The notes beneath the pieces are model-generated. The model saw only the letters and a program-made list of their open reading frames with translations, was not told where the DNA came from and made no database searches. The translations under genes were made by a program, and so were the position numbers. A stretch of 26,339 nucleotides of DNA, from positions 24,982,500 through 25,008,838 of the forward strand of contig NC_057720.1 in NCBI RefSeq assembly GCF_004010195.1. The letters are read 5' to 3'. This DNA is from Chiloscyllium plagiosum. Taxonomy: Eukaryota. Below are positions 11,436 through 22,271 of this stretch, in pieces (position 1 is the stretch's first letter; every line of letters starts with the position of its first letter).

Positions 11436-11835
11436 TTCAATTTCAAAACTCAAATGTTTGGTCTGATTTACTTTGTCATTGTTGCTCCATTTTCTATGGA
11501 CTACAAATCTCCAACTTAATTGATTCACCTAACACTTTGCTGTCAATGGAATTTTGCCTCATTTATCCTAATTTTAATATATTAACTGCAATTCCAGATA
11601 TCCCTATGTTTTGTGAACAGTATAGTTTTCTCAATCCAGTGTGTTGAGTATTTCTACAGCTATGCTGTTCAATTGCCTTTTTTTTTTCCTGCCTCTGGCT
11701 CAAATGGTCAGGAAACTGCAGCCTCAACCTTATCCAGAATGTGGGCTTTGGCAATATGACATTGTTTGGAATTCTTTGGTGTATGGAAAAGGTGGTTATC
11801 TGGCTAGCTTTTACCATGCTCCAACTTACCATAAT

Positions 11836-11962
11836 TGAACGTGTTGCTGGAAAAGCGCAGCAGGTCAGGCAGCATCCAGGCTCCTTGGATGCTGCCTAAC
11901 CTGTGCTTTTCCAGCAACACTTTCAGCTCTGATCTCCAGCATCTGCAGTCCTCACTTTCTCC
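11836..11962 (+). mobile_element. Short fold-back Penelope-like insertion (copy 3) with up to 17-bp TSD
   Basis: CTCCAACTTACCATAAT at 11819-11835 and 11959-11975. Arms gtgttgctggaaaagcgcagcaggtcaggcagcatcca and tggatgctgcctaacctgtgcttttccagcaacac, then the family tail. Confidence 0.8.
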
Positions 11963-12039
11963 AACTTACCATAATGGCTCAATCTTATGTTTTTAAGGAT
12001 TTTTTGACTGTAGATTGAGATCTTTGACATTGTGAGAAG

Positions 12040-12540
12040 CTAGGGAAGAAACTACAGGGCTCCTAATATTTATATCATCCACAGGTAAGGTGCTACATAC
12101 TGGAGTGGCTAATATTGTGCCATATTTAACACTGCCTGGAAGGAAAGGTCAAGGAACTACAGATCAGTGGGTAGGGTTATTGGCGAAGATTATAAAAAAC
12201 ATTTATCTACGTGCATTTGGAAAGACAAGGACTGATCATAAACTCTCTCTCATTTTTCTATGCTATTTCTAAAGTAATGAGGTATAGAGAGCTCCTGGTA
12301 GTTGCCTTTCCCTGAAGATAGGAAATTTCAATACAAGGGACATTTTTAAGGTGAGGGGAATGTGATTTGAGTCAATTTGAGGTTGGCTAGTGCTGAGGAA
12401 ATGGTGGATATGGGTACGACTGCAACATTTAAAAGACATTTGAATGGATACATGAATGGGAGAGGTTTGGAGAGTATGTGGGATTATGTGGCACATGGAC
12501 TGTTCAGACTGAAGGGTCTGTTTCTGTGCTGTATGATTCT
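12040..12540 (+). mobile_element. Degenerate, internally deleted CR1 LINE
   Basis: RT-proximal remnant (tggagtggctaatattgtgcca...), TFKRHLNGYMN motif and tail gaagggtctgtttctgtgctgtatgattcta. Confidence 0.65.
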
Positions 12541-12619
12541 AAATAGTGTCAAATGTCACTTTGAAAAGGTGACCAAGAAATAGTCAGTATTTTCTGTGAA
12601 GAATAACTGAAATAGTGTT

Positions 12620-14000
12620 GTCTTGGAGTTCATATTGGAGAAGTAGTGCTGGAGGTCTTTAAAACCAAGATGTAATAAGTCCTCAGGTCCTGATCAGGTG
12701 TTTTCCAGAACTTTGGGAAGCTAGGGAAGAGATTGCTGGGCCCCTTGAGATTTGTATCATTTGATAGCCATGAGTGAAGTGCTGGAAGAGGTGAAGCTTG
12801 GTAAATATGCCATTATTTGAGGTGCTGTAAGGAAAAGCTAGGAAATAATAGACCAGTGGGCCTTATGTTAGTGGTGGGAAGTTGTTGGAGTGGATTCTGA
12901 AGGACAGGATTTACATGCATCTAGAAAGGCAAGGATTGATTAGTGTTAGTCAGCATAAGTTTGTGTTTGGGGAAATCACGTCTCTCTCATTTGAGGTTTT
13001 TTGAAGAAGTGACTTTAAAGATTGAAGGCACTGGTCGATGTCCATATGGATTTCTATGAAATGTTCAAAGTTCTGTAGAGTAAACAGGTTAAAGTTTGCC
13101 AATTGATGCAAAATTCTGTTTAGGCCTCCAGCCTAGTGATCAGTGTGTGACTAGGATCACTATCTGCTGTTGTTTGTCACTTAGAAATTATTTTAGATGT
13201 GAATGTAGGTGATATGGTTTAAGTTTGCAGATGACACTAGTGGACAATGAAGAGTATTATCTGGAGTACAATGGGACCTTTATCCAATGGGCTGAGGGGG
13301 AGATGCTGCATTTTGGTAAAGCAAACCAGGGTAGGCCTTGAATGTTTAATGGTAAGGTCCTGGTGAGTTACTGAACAAAACAACTGAGGGGTGCAGGCTC
13401 TCATTTCTCTGAAAGCAGAGTCACAAGTGGAGGTGGTTGAAGATGTTTGACACATTTTGCCTTTTTATTGGTCATGCCCTGAGTATAGGAGTTAAGGGGT
13501 CATGCTGTGGCTGTACAGGACATTGAAGCTATTTTTGGAATACTCTGAAATTCTGGTTGCCCTCCTATAGGAAGGATGTTAAACCAGAGGGTGTAGAAAA
13601 TATTGGAAAGGATATTGCAGGACTGAATGGTTTGAGCTGGAAGGAGAGGCTGGGGCTTTTTTCTTTCCTGGGATATCTGAGGCGGAGGGTTGACTTCATT
13701 TGAGGTTTATAAAGTCATAAGGGAGATGGATAGAGTGAATAGCCAGGGACTTGCACTTTCCTACAGTGAATGAGTCTAAAACAAGACAGAATAGGTTTAA
13801 GGTGATAAGGGAAAGAGTTAAAAGGGTCTGGGGGGCATAGGGTGTTGTGTATGGAATAAGCTGAGGGCATGGAGGCTGGCACAATTACAACCTTTTTAAA
13901 TGTATCTGCATGGGTATGAGAATAGGAAAGGACATATCCCAAATGCTGGCAAATGGGACTAGGTCTGATTGGGATAACTAGTGTGGATCAGTTGTACCAA
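12620..14000 (+). mobile_element. Degenerate CR1 LINE ORF2 (reverse transcriptase region)
   Basis: Remnants of KSPGPD (aagtcctcaggtcctgat), SQHGF (agtcagcataagttt) and KFADDT (aagtttgcagatgacact); many stops and frameshifts. Confidence 0.8.
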
Positions 14001-15025
14001 ACAGTCAGTTTGTGCTCCCTAACTATAGATGAAGGCAGAGTGGTAGATACTGGCTACATGGAATTTAGCAAGGCCTTCATGGTTCAACATTACAGACTGG
14101 TTCGTAAGACTAGATCACAAGGGATCCACTGGATACAAAATTTAGCTTGATTTGTAGGTGGTGCTGGCAAGAGTATTTGTTTAGACTAGAGGCTTGTGAC
14201 CAGTGGTGTGCTGCAAGGACCAGTACTGGGTCTACTGATTTAAGAATGATATGAGAACATTAGACATATAGTTAATTTGCAGATTACATCAAATTTAATC
14301 ACCTCCAGTGTCTACTATACCATTATCTCACTAATGGCCCTTCTGATCAAGCTGCCACTAGGCTGAGGAGTGGCTGATGGCATTTAATGCTAGTTAAATA
14401 AAAGGTGTTACATTTTGGTAAGGCAAACTAAGGTAGGCCTTATACAGTTCCTAAAGCACTGGGACATGTTGCTGATCAGAGACCTAGGGGTGCATCCTTT
14501 GGAGGTGACATTACTGATAGACCAGACAGTGAAGAGACTTTGGCACAGGCCTTCATTGGTAAAAGCATTAAATATAGGAGTTGGGATGTCTTGTTACAGC
14601 TGTGAGACATTGGTAAGTCTGCATTTAGTATTTCATACAATTCTGGTTACTCTGCTAGTGGAAGGACCTTTTTAAACTGGAAAAGGTGCAAAGATTTTCA
14701 TGGATGTTGAAAGGTTTTTCCTAGTGTCAGAGGCTGAGGTGTAACCTTGGAGGTTTATAAATCATGGAGTGCATAGATAAGTTGAATAGCAAAGGTCTTT
14801 TCTCCAAGGCAGTAGATTCCAAAACTAGAGGGCATAGATTTAAGGTGAGATGGGAAAGATTTAAAAGGGACCTGAGGGCAACATTTTCAGGCAGAGAATG
14901 GTGCATATCTTGATGAACTGAAGTGGTTGAGGCTGGTGAAATTACAAAATTTAAGATTTGTATTGGTCCATGGATAGAAAAGTTGAGGGTATATAGGCCA
15001 AATACAGGCAAATAGGACTGGTTTA

Positions 15026-15567
15026 AAACCATAATACACTAGAGCAGAAATCAGGCCATTCAGCTGATAGTCTGCTTCACTATTCAGTCATGGCTGATAA
15101 ATAGGGGTTGAGAAATTCTTCCACTTACTCCCTGTAACCCTTGATCCCTTTCACACTCAAGAACCTAAAATGTGTTGCTGGAAAAGCACAGCAGGTCAGG
15201 CAGCATCCAAGGAGCAGGAGAATTGATGTTTCGGGCATGAGCCCTTCTTCAAGAGCCCTTCTCATGCCCAAAACGTCGATTCTCCTGCTCTTTGGATGCT
15301 GCCTGACCTGTGCTTTTCCAGCAACACATTTTTGGCTCTGATCTCCAGCATCTGCAGTCCTCACTTTCACACTCAAGAACCTATGTAGCTCAGTCTTAAA
15401 TATACTCCATGATCTGGCCTCCAGCCTCTGTAGCAGTGAATTCCATAGATTCACCACTATCTGGTTGAAGTTTCTCCTTGTGTTCTAAAAGGTCTCTAAG
15501 GCTGTGCTCTCAGGTCCTCTTCTCTCATACCACAGGAAACATCTTCCCAACATCCACTCTGTCCAGG
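15026..15567 (-). mobile_element. CR1 LINE 3' fragment nested in the + strand CR1; itself hosts Penelope-like copy 4
   Basis: The - strand reads VNLWNSLLQR...IFKTELHRFL...KGIKGY (CR1 ORF2 end). Flanks ctggttta/ctagttta. Confidence 0.8.
15168..15368 (+). mobile_element. Longest fold-back Penelope-like insertion (copy 4), about 72-bp arms, up to 20-bp TSD, most complete hammerhead remnant
   Basis: CTTTCACACTCAAGAACCTA at 15148-15167 and 15364-15383. Arms at about 15168-15241 and 15261-15332. The - strand of 15220-15253 reads TTGAAGA-A-GGGC-TCAT-GCCC-GAAA-CATC-AATTC. Confidence 0.8.
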
Positions 15568-16089
15568 CTAGTTTAGGAAACCTGGTTTGCAAGGATAAGT
15601 TTGGCCAAATGGTCTGTTTCTGTGCTGAATTAAGATTATTGAGTTCTTACACCTAAATGTGTGTGTAAGTTTAAAGTATTACTTTTTGCACTGACTTCTT
15701 GAAGTGGTGGTTGGCATGTGCAGATTTATTTTAGCACTTACACATGGAAGTGGACTCCTTTGTAACTGTTCCTATTTCTGAGAAGTAGGGGAATACTGGG
15801 GGAAATGTCTACCTCTGTTTTGGGAATAGAAATGAATGGCTGCACATTTTGTGTCTTGTCATTTGTTTTTCTGCTACAAGTTTATTTCTAAACTTGTAGT
15901 TATGAATATTCTTTTTGCCTGAGGGTACAGTAAGTTTTCAGCTGTGGTTGCAAGGTCAAAGTCACAAGTTGGCTGATCTTTTGAGGGTGCAGAAAGTTCA
16001 GACTGCATCGATACCTAGAAATGTTTAGCAGAAATTTTTAGAAGTCAAATTTGGGAAGACTAACATTTTCCGTTCCCACTCAACTCTTT

Positions 16090-16690
16090 CCTGCAGACGA
16101 ATCTTAACCCTAGTCCTAATAATGATTAAATGTTTGTTTGCAAATTTTGGAATTGTATTTGATTCTGAAATTCTAACAACATCTATACACTCACTAAGAC
16201 TACTTCTCTCTTCCTCTCCCCTGTTTTTATGAACCTGCCCTATTTCAGTTTATCTCTTTCTGAAAACTCTAATTTGTTCCATTTGCGACTTTGTCCTCTT
16301 TTTCAGTGTTTTGCATGTTTGCAGCAAGTCCCAATTTTGCTTGTGCCTGCTGACCTACATTAGCTCCCCAATCTTGACAATTTTAAATATTATCCTGGTT
16401 TACAAATCTGTCCCCTCCCAAACTCAACTCCACAACCTTCGGAAAAATATGCTTCATTAATTCAGGCCTCTTGACCATTTGAGATTTTTCTTTTTTTCAC
16501 TACTTGTGCTTGTAGGTGTTCAGACTCTACTGTTTAGAATTTTCAACTTTCACAACTCTATCTCACCACCCCTCTTTCTATAATGAACTCCTTACCTACC
16601 TCCAGCTAGAGCTTTTAGTAATCTGGCCTAACATCACTTTATGGGTCTCCCTTTTAATGTTTTTTATAATGTGGTTTTGAAGCTCCCTTT
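16090..16690 (+). mobile_element. Highly degenerate L2-like LINE 3' region
   Basis: ttggaattgtatttgattctgaa, gtgcctgctgacctacattagctccc, tttaaatattatcctggtttacaaatc (LHWLP..FKIL-like L2 RT C-terminus). Confidence 0.55.
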
Positions 16691-16792
16691 TTTGTATTGC
16701 TTGTTAAAGGATCACATTGGAGTAAAGCCATATTAGTTCCTGTCTACAGTTTATTTTGGACATTACTGAAGGTTCTCATTCCTACAACTTGT

Positions 16793-17545
16793 TTAGAACA
16801 TAAAGTACAGCACAGAACATGCCCTTGGGTCCGTGAGGTTGTGCTGAGATTTAATCCTACTGTAAAATATAGTAACTTAACCTATACACCCCTCAACTCA
16901 CTGCTCTCCATACGCATGTCCATTAGTCACCTAAATGTCCCCAATGAGTCTGCTTCCACCACCACAGCTGGCAACGCATTCCACATTTACAACTCTCTAG
17001 GTAAAGAATCTACCTCTGACATCATTTCTATACCTTCCTCCGAACATCTACAAACTACAACTTCTCGTACCAGTCAATCCTGCCCTGGGCAAAAGTGTCT
17101 CTCTTGATTTCTATCTATTCCCCTCATTTTATCACCTCGATCAGGTCTCTTCCCTTCCCCTCCAGAGAAAGGTTGTATAAGCTCAGACTTGCTTCATAAG
17201 ACAAGTCCTCCAGTCCAGGCAGCATCCTGGTAAACCACCTTTGCACCCTCTCCAAAGCCCCTCTCATTCCTATAGTAGGGTGACTGGAACTGGACACAGT
17301 ATTCCAAGTGTGGTCTCACCAGGGACTTAGAGCTGCAGCAAAACCTTGCAGCTCTTAAACTTGATTCCCCCTGTACAATGCCAAAGGCAAGCCAAAACAC
17401 CATATGTTTTCTTAACAACCCTATCCACTTGGCAACTTTGAGGGATCTATGTACTTGCACAGCCAGATCCCTCTGTTCTTCCACACTGCTGAGATTCCTG
17501 TCTTTAATCCTATATCAGCATTCAAGTTTGACCTTCCAAAATACA
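16793..17545 (-). mobile_element. CR1 LINE 3' fragment
   Basis: The - strand ORF 17194-17484 contains EEQRDLAVQVHRSLKVA and KSLVRPHLEYCVQFQSPYYR. Confidence 0.85.
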
Positions 17546-20006
17546 TAATATTTTGAGCAAGAAATCCAGAGCCCCCAACAGTTAAAACGGTTTATTTAAC
17601 TGCACTATCTTGCATTCATGGCACAGCAAGTTTGTTTTAATGTCAGTTGCTTTGTTTTAATCTTCATGTTATAACACAACCACTATCTCCAGCTTTCAAT
17701 GGTGCTATATTTGGGTGGGGGGTGGTGAGACAAAAGAGGGGAAGAATGTGAATCTGCATGTTTCCTTAACGAAATTACTGTCTGGGGAAGTTAGAGTAAG
17801 GCTTGTGCGCAGTGGAGATATTGTAGGATCAGCTTGGGTGACTGTATTGTTCCTTCGCCTAGTGTCTCATCTCTAAGCACTTGTTTCTTAAATTCCTACC
17901 CCTATAGATTAAGTCCACCATGGATCTCTCTTAGCATTGACAAAAAAAAATCTGAGAACAAATCACTTGTCTGTCCTCCTGACAAGTGTTGAGGGAGGGA
18001 AGGAATAACCTCTGATACACCAGTGCTGTAAACCGGTTTGTCATGCCTTTTTCAATTGTAAACAGTTAAAGTCAATGCTAGCTAGTCCAGGATTAGGAAG
18101 TGTTTGTAAGAATTACTTTATTAGTCCAATAACCTGCAGTGGCACAAAATATCCCCACAGAAGAAACCACCACTTATGCCAAAGTGCTCTGGCTGTAGGC
18201 TTCTATTTCAAACATCAAATGTCTGAAGTAAATTATTGCATATGTCTACTGTTTTTAATGTTAAGCCTTTTATTATAAAGCTGTTCAATATCAAGTGGCC
18301 ATTAGCTTATAATCCACAAAGGATCTAGACGTCGCTCTCTAACCCAGACAGAACTTGGTTATTTACAGCTTGTGGGGTATCACTCTACAGCATAGAACAA
18401 AGTGAGGCATGCATCTATGAAACCATAGATGATGATCCTGTTGAATGCTCACCATTCTGTATTATGCTTTAGGTGTCTAATTAGGATGCCATGTCCATGC
18501 CCTCGCAGTAACAGTATGTATGTGTGTGTGTGTATATATGAGAGTCATTTTCAACTAGTGAGGTAATTGCAAGTTGCAACAGTGACCATATCAAACAAAT
18601 CAGCTGTTTAAATTGGTTTCATAAATAGTAGCAAGATCATTGGTGGTTGGTTGATATATACATTGGATAATGTCACACTAGATCAAAACTTGCAGCTGAA
18701 ATTTTGGGCAGTAGAAGTCTTTGTGAAGAGTGTTAACACTAATTGCTGCTTCAAACTCCCAGCATCAGCACAAATTCAATGACACACCCGGTCAGCCCAG
18801 TGTAGTGGCCGCCTGCCTCAGCCTCTCTCGGCCTAGCATAGCTTGGGTGGACATCTACTCTGTGATTACAGAGCGAATTCCCCCAGCCTGGAGTGAAGGC
18901 CGAGTGTAGACAGAAGATCATTGTTGTGAACATAATTTATAAAATGGATTAAAAAAAATTAGTAAATGTGCAATGCTGGATTTTAAAAATTTCTCTATTT
19001 TTCCAAGAACTCTAACTGAAAAAGCTGTACCTAGGGACCTAAGATTGCTTATGGTGCCATGACTTACACTCAAATGAGTACAGTGAAAAGTGTACATGAC
19101 ATTAAACCTAATTCCAATTCTAATATACTTAACTGTCTGAAATGAGATTTGAACCCATGACTCAAAAAAATGTGCAATCACTAAAGAATTGACAAATCTA
19201 CACACTAGATCTTCAAGTTTTGTGGTGCTACATTTATTGGTAGAATTATCAACACACTCTTTATCTTCAATTTCCTTGCTTTTGCCTACAATGCCACTTT
19301 ATGGTGCTTATCTCCAATTCTCACCCAGTTATCCCTGTTTCATCTAAATGTGGTTACACTTCAAAGGACCCTTCTCTTTCAGTCATATCCAAATCCCATT
19401 TTATGTGAATCATTAACTCTACATTAAGACAAAGAGGACAATGTTTTGATTTTAGCAAATGAAAATCTGGACAAGTCTTGTGTAGCTTGGGGAAAGCAAT
19501 ACAGGATGCAGATTATTTTTTAAGGGATTTCTATACCAGGTGTAATTGTAAACTCACCATGCTTAATTTTTCTAAAATTTGGATCCAATGCATAATTGGA
19601 TGAAAATAGGGCTATCATCTAGATGCCATCATTAAATACTGTTGATAAATGAGAGGGGTCAAACCACAATCTGAAAGGGGTGGCAGAGGAGGGAAGATAA
19701 TACAAACTACGTGAGATTTTAATGTTTTTACCTTATCTTGGAACAAAGTTGTCAAGGTCAGCATTTGTTGTTGACCACTGCAACTGAAAAGGTGAAGGTG
19801 AGCCAGAACTTGAGCTAGTGGAGTCTGGTTTGTACAAGTCCAATCATTTTGTTGTTCGGGAGTTCTAAGATTTCACTGCAACAAGTGAAGAAATGGCAAA
19901 ATAGTTCCAACTCTTAAAAGAAGGAATGCCTTAATGGGGGATTTGCAATTATGGTGGCAATCCTAAACATTGGGCGCTTTTGTCCTTTTTAAGGTGGTAT
20001 AGTGTA

Positions 20007-20134
20007 CAGAGGAACCTCAATTATCCGAACAAGATTGAAACGTCCCGATGCTTGGCTAAACTATGTTATCGGCATTCAATTAACCAAACGAAATAATCCC
20101 CACTCATGTCTTTCGGATAATTGAGGTTCCTCTA
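20007..20134. mobile_element. 128-bp MITE, Tc1/mariner superfamily (pogo/Tigger-like)
   Basis: TIRs CAGAGGAACCTCAATTATCCGAA (20007-20029) and TTCGGATAATTGAGGTTCCTCTA (20112-20134), 22/23 complementary; TA on both flanks. Confidence 0.85.
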
Positions 20135-20149
20135 TAAATACTGGCAACA

Positions 20150-21170
20150 AAACCTTCTGTTAATTACCACATACCATCCTCCCTCAGCTGATGAATCAGG
20201 ACTCCTCCATGTTGAGCAACACTTGGAAGAAACACCGAGGGTGACAATGGTACAAAAATGTACTCTGGCTGGGGGATTTTAGAATCCTGCCAAGTCATTC
20301 TTGGTGGTGGATATTAAAGAACACATCTGCTAGACTGGGTCTGCAGCAGGTGGTGAGGGAGCTAACGAGAGAAAAACATAACTTATTTCATCCTTACCAA
20401 TCTGCCAGCTGTTGATGCGTTTGTCCTTGACAGTATCAGTCAGGGTGACTACCACACAATCCTCGTGGAAACAAAGACCCACCTTCACATATTAAGAAAA
20501 CCCTCCATCATCTTGCGTGGCATTATCACTGTCCTAAATGGGACAGACTTCAAATAGATCTGTCAACACAAGATGGGCACCTATGAGGCACTGTGGGCTA
20601 TTAATAACAGCGGAACTGTAGTCCAGTACAATCTGTACCCTCCATGGCCCAGCATATCGCCGACTCAACCATTATCATCAAATCAGGAGACCAACTCTGG
20701 GTCAACGGTGAGTGCAGGAGGGCATGCCAGGAGCAGCACCAGACATAACTAAAAATGAGGTATCAATTTGGTGAAGCCACCAAACAGGACTACTTGTATG
20801 CCAAACAGCTTAAGCAGTAATTGATAGACAGCACTAAGCAATCCCACCACCAACAGATCAGATCTAAATTCTAAAATCCTGCCATATCCAATCATAAATG
20901 ATAATGGACAATTAAAGAACTCACCAGAGGAGGAAGCTCCACAAATATTCCCATTCTTAACGAATGAAGAGTTCAGTGCAAGTGCAAAGATAAGGCTGAC
21001 ACATTCGCTGTGATCTTTAGCCAGAAGAGCCAAGTGGATGACATATCTTGGCCTCCTCAGAGATCCCCAGCATCAAAATCAGTCAATTTGATTTACTCGG
21101 TGTAATATCCAGGCCTTAGGCTGACAAGTGACATTTGCACCACACAAATGCCAGACAATGACCATCTCAA
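20150..21170 (+). mobile_element. Degenerate non-LTR retrotransposon ORF2: APE endonuclease and linker
   Basis: Broken translation ITTYHPPSADES...WLGDF...GLQQVVRELTR...ILTNLPA...SQGDYHTILVE matches the YRPP, GDFN and SDH motifs of LINE APE domains. QVTFAPHKCQTMTIS occurs at about 21125. Confidence 0.75.
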
Positions 21171-21239
21171 ACTTGTAGATGGTACACAATTCTGGCATTA
21201 TATGCATTGATGGTGGGTGAAGTGTTGATGCAGACAAAA

Positions 21240-21590
21240 AATATAAACTAGGAACAAAAGGCCTTTTGGCCCCTTGACCTCTGTCATTCAATATGATAAT
21301 GGTTGCATGTTCTGAATTCCACATTCCCAGTTACACCTATTAACCTTTGATCTTTGCTTCACAAGATCGATCTACCACTACCTTTAAAAATATTCAGTGT
21401 TCCTGTATCCACCACCATTTGAGACTGTGTTCTAAAGTTTTTTCCACAAGAAAAAAAACAAACCTGATCTATCCTAAAAGGGCAACCGCTAATTTCAAAT
21501 CAGTGCCCTCTAGTTCTGGATTCATTAAGAGGAAATGTCATTTCAACATCAACTGAATCAAGATGGTTCAGGATCTATATACACTCCAAT
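21240..21590 (-). mobile_element. Degenerate CR1 3' fragment
   Basis: Reverse CR1 tail pattern (ggccttttggcccc...cattcaatatgataatggttg; gtgccctctagttctggatt). Confidence 0.55.
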
Positions 21591-21599
21591 TAAGTTATG

Positions 21600-22270
21600 C
21601 TTCATCAAGTGAACTGCCTTATTCTGGATGGTGTCCAGCTTCTTGTGTGTTGCAACTGCACTCATTCAGGCAAGTGGGGAATATTCTTCACTCTCCTGGC
21701 TTGTGCTTCATGGGTGGTTGACAGACTTTGGGGAGTCAGCTTAGTTGTTCACTGGAGAATTCTCCATTGCTGGCCTGCACTTTCAGTCTCAGTATTTATG
21801 CCTGGGCACTTAATTTCTCGTGAATATTATGTCCTAGGATTTGATGCTGAGGGATTCAATGATGGTAAGAGCAGTAAAGTCATGGGGTGATGACTACATT
21901 ACACTCACTGGCGAAAACATTATGTAGCACTTGTTTGATACAAATGTCATCAGGTTAAGCATACATGTTATCCACATACAAAAAGACCTGGAAATTAACT
22001 TCAGTATAAGAAGAGCTGTGAATGATACTAAACATGGTGCAATCTTCAGAGAACATCTTCACTTTTATGATGCAATGATCATTGGAGCAGCCAAGGTGAT
22101 TGGGCCTTGGAGCTCCTGTAGTGATGTCCTGAGGCTAAGACTATTAGCCTCCAATAACCATAGTCAGCTTTCTTCGTGCGTTGAGTGCCTCCAGCCAGTG
22201 GAAAGTTTTGCCCTGATTCCTATTGATTTCAATTCTGCCAGAGCTCCTTCTTTCCACACTTGGTCACATA
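21600..22270 (-). mobile_element. Degenerate LINE RT fragment, probably the same family as 20150-21170 but inverted
   Basis: The - strand reads DQVWKEGALAELKSIGIRAKLSTGW (cf. FDRVWHQGLL.KL.S.GI.GK.L.WL). Confidence 0.65.
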
Positions 22271-22271
22271 T

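Larger units (their letters stand above)
14010..15630 (+). mobile_element. CR1 LINE RT-to-3' fragment, interrupted at about 15025-15567 by a second CR1
   Basis: IDEGRVVDTGYMEFSKAF (cf. VDVVYMDFSKAFD) and agtggtgtgctgcaagga (SGVPQG). The tail resumes at about 15570 and ends ggtctgtttctgtgctg. Confidence 0.8.

Noticed and set aside
18339..18345. CTAACCC resembling the telomerase RNA template
   Set aside because: Shorter than a full template, with no recognisable pseudoknot, CR4/5 or H/ACA domain nearby.
18429..18699. C box ATGATGA, (TG)6 run and a distant CTGA suggesting a C/D scaRNA
   Set aside because: No terminal stem or recognisable guide sequence, the TG run is short, and such motifs occur by chance.
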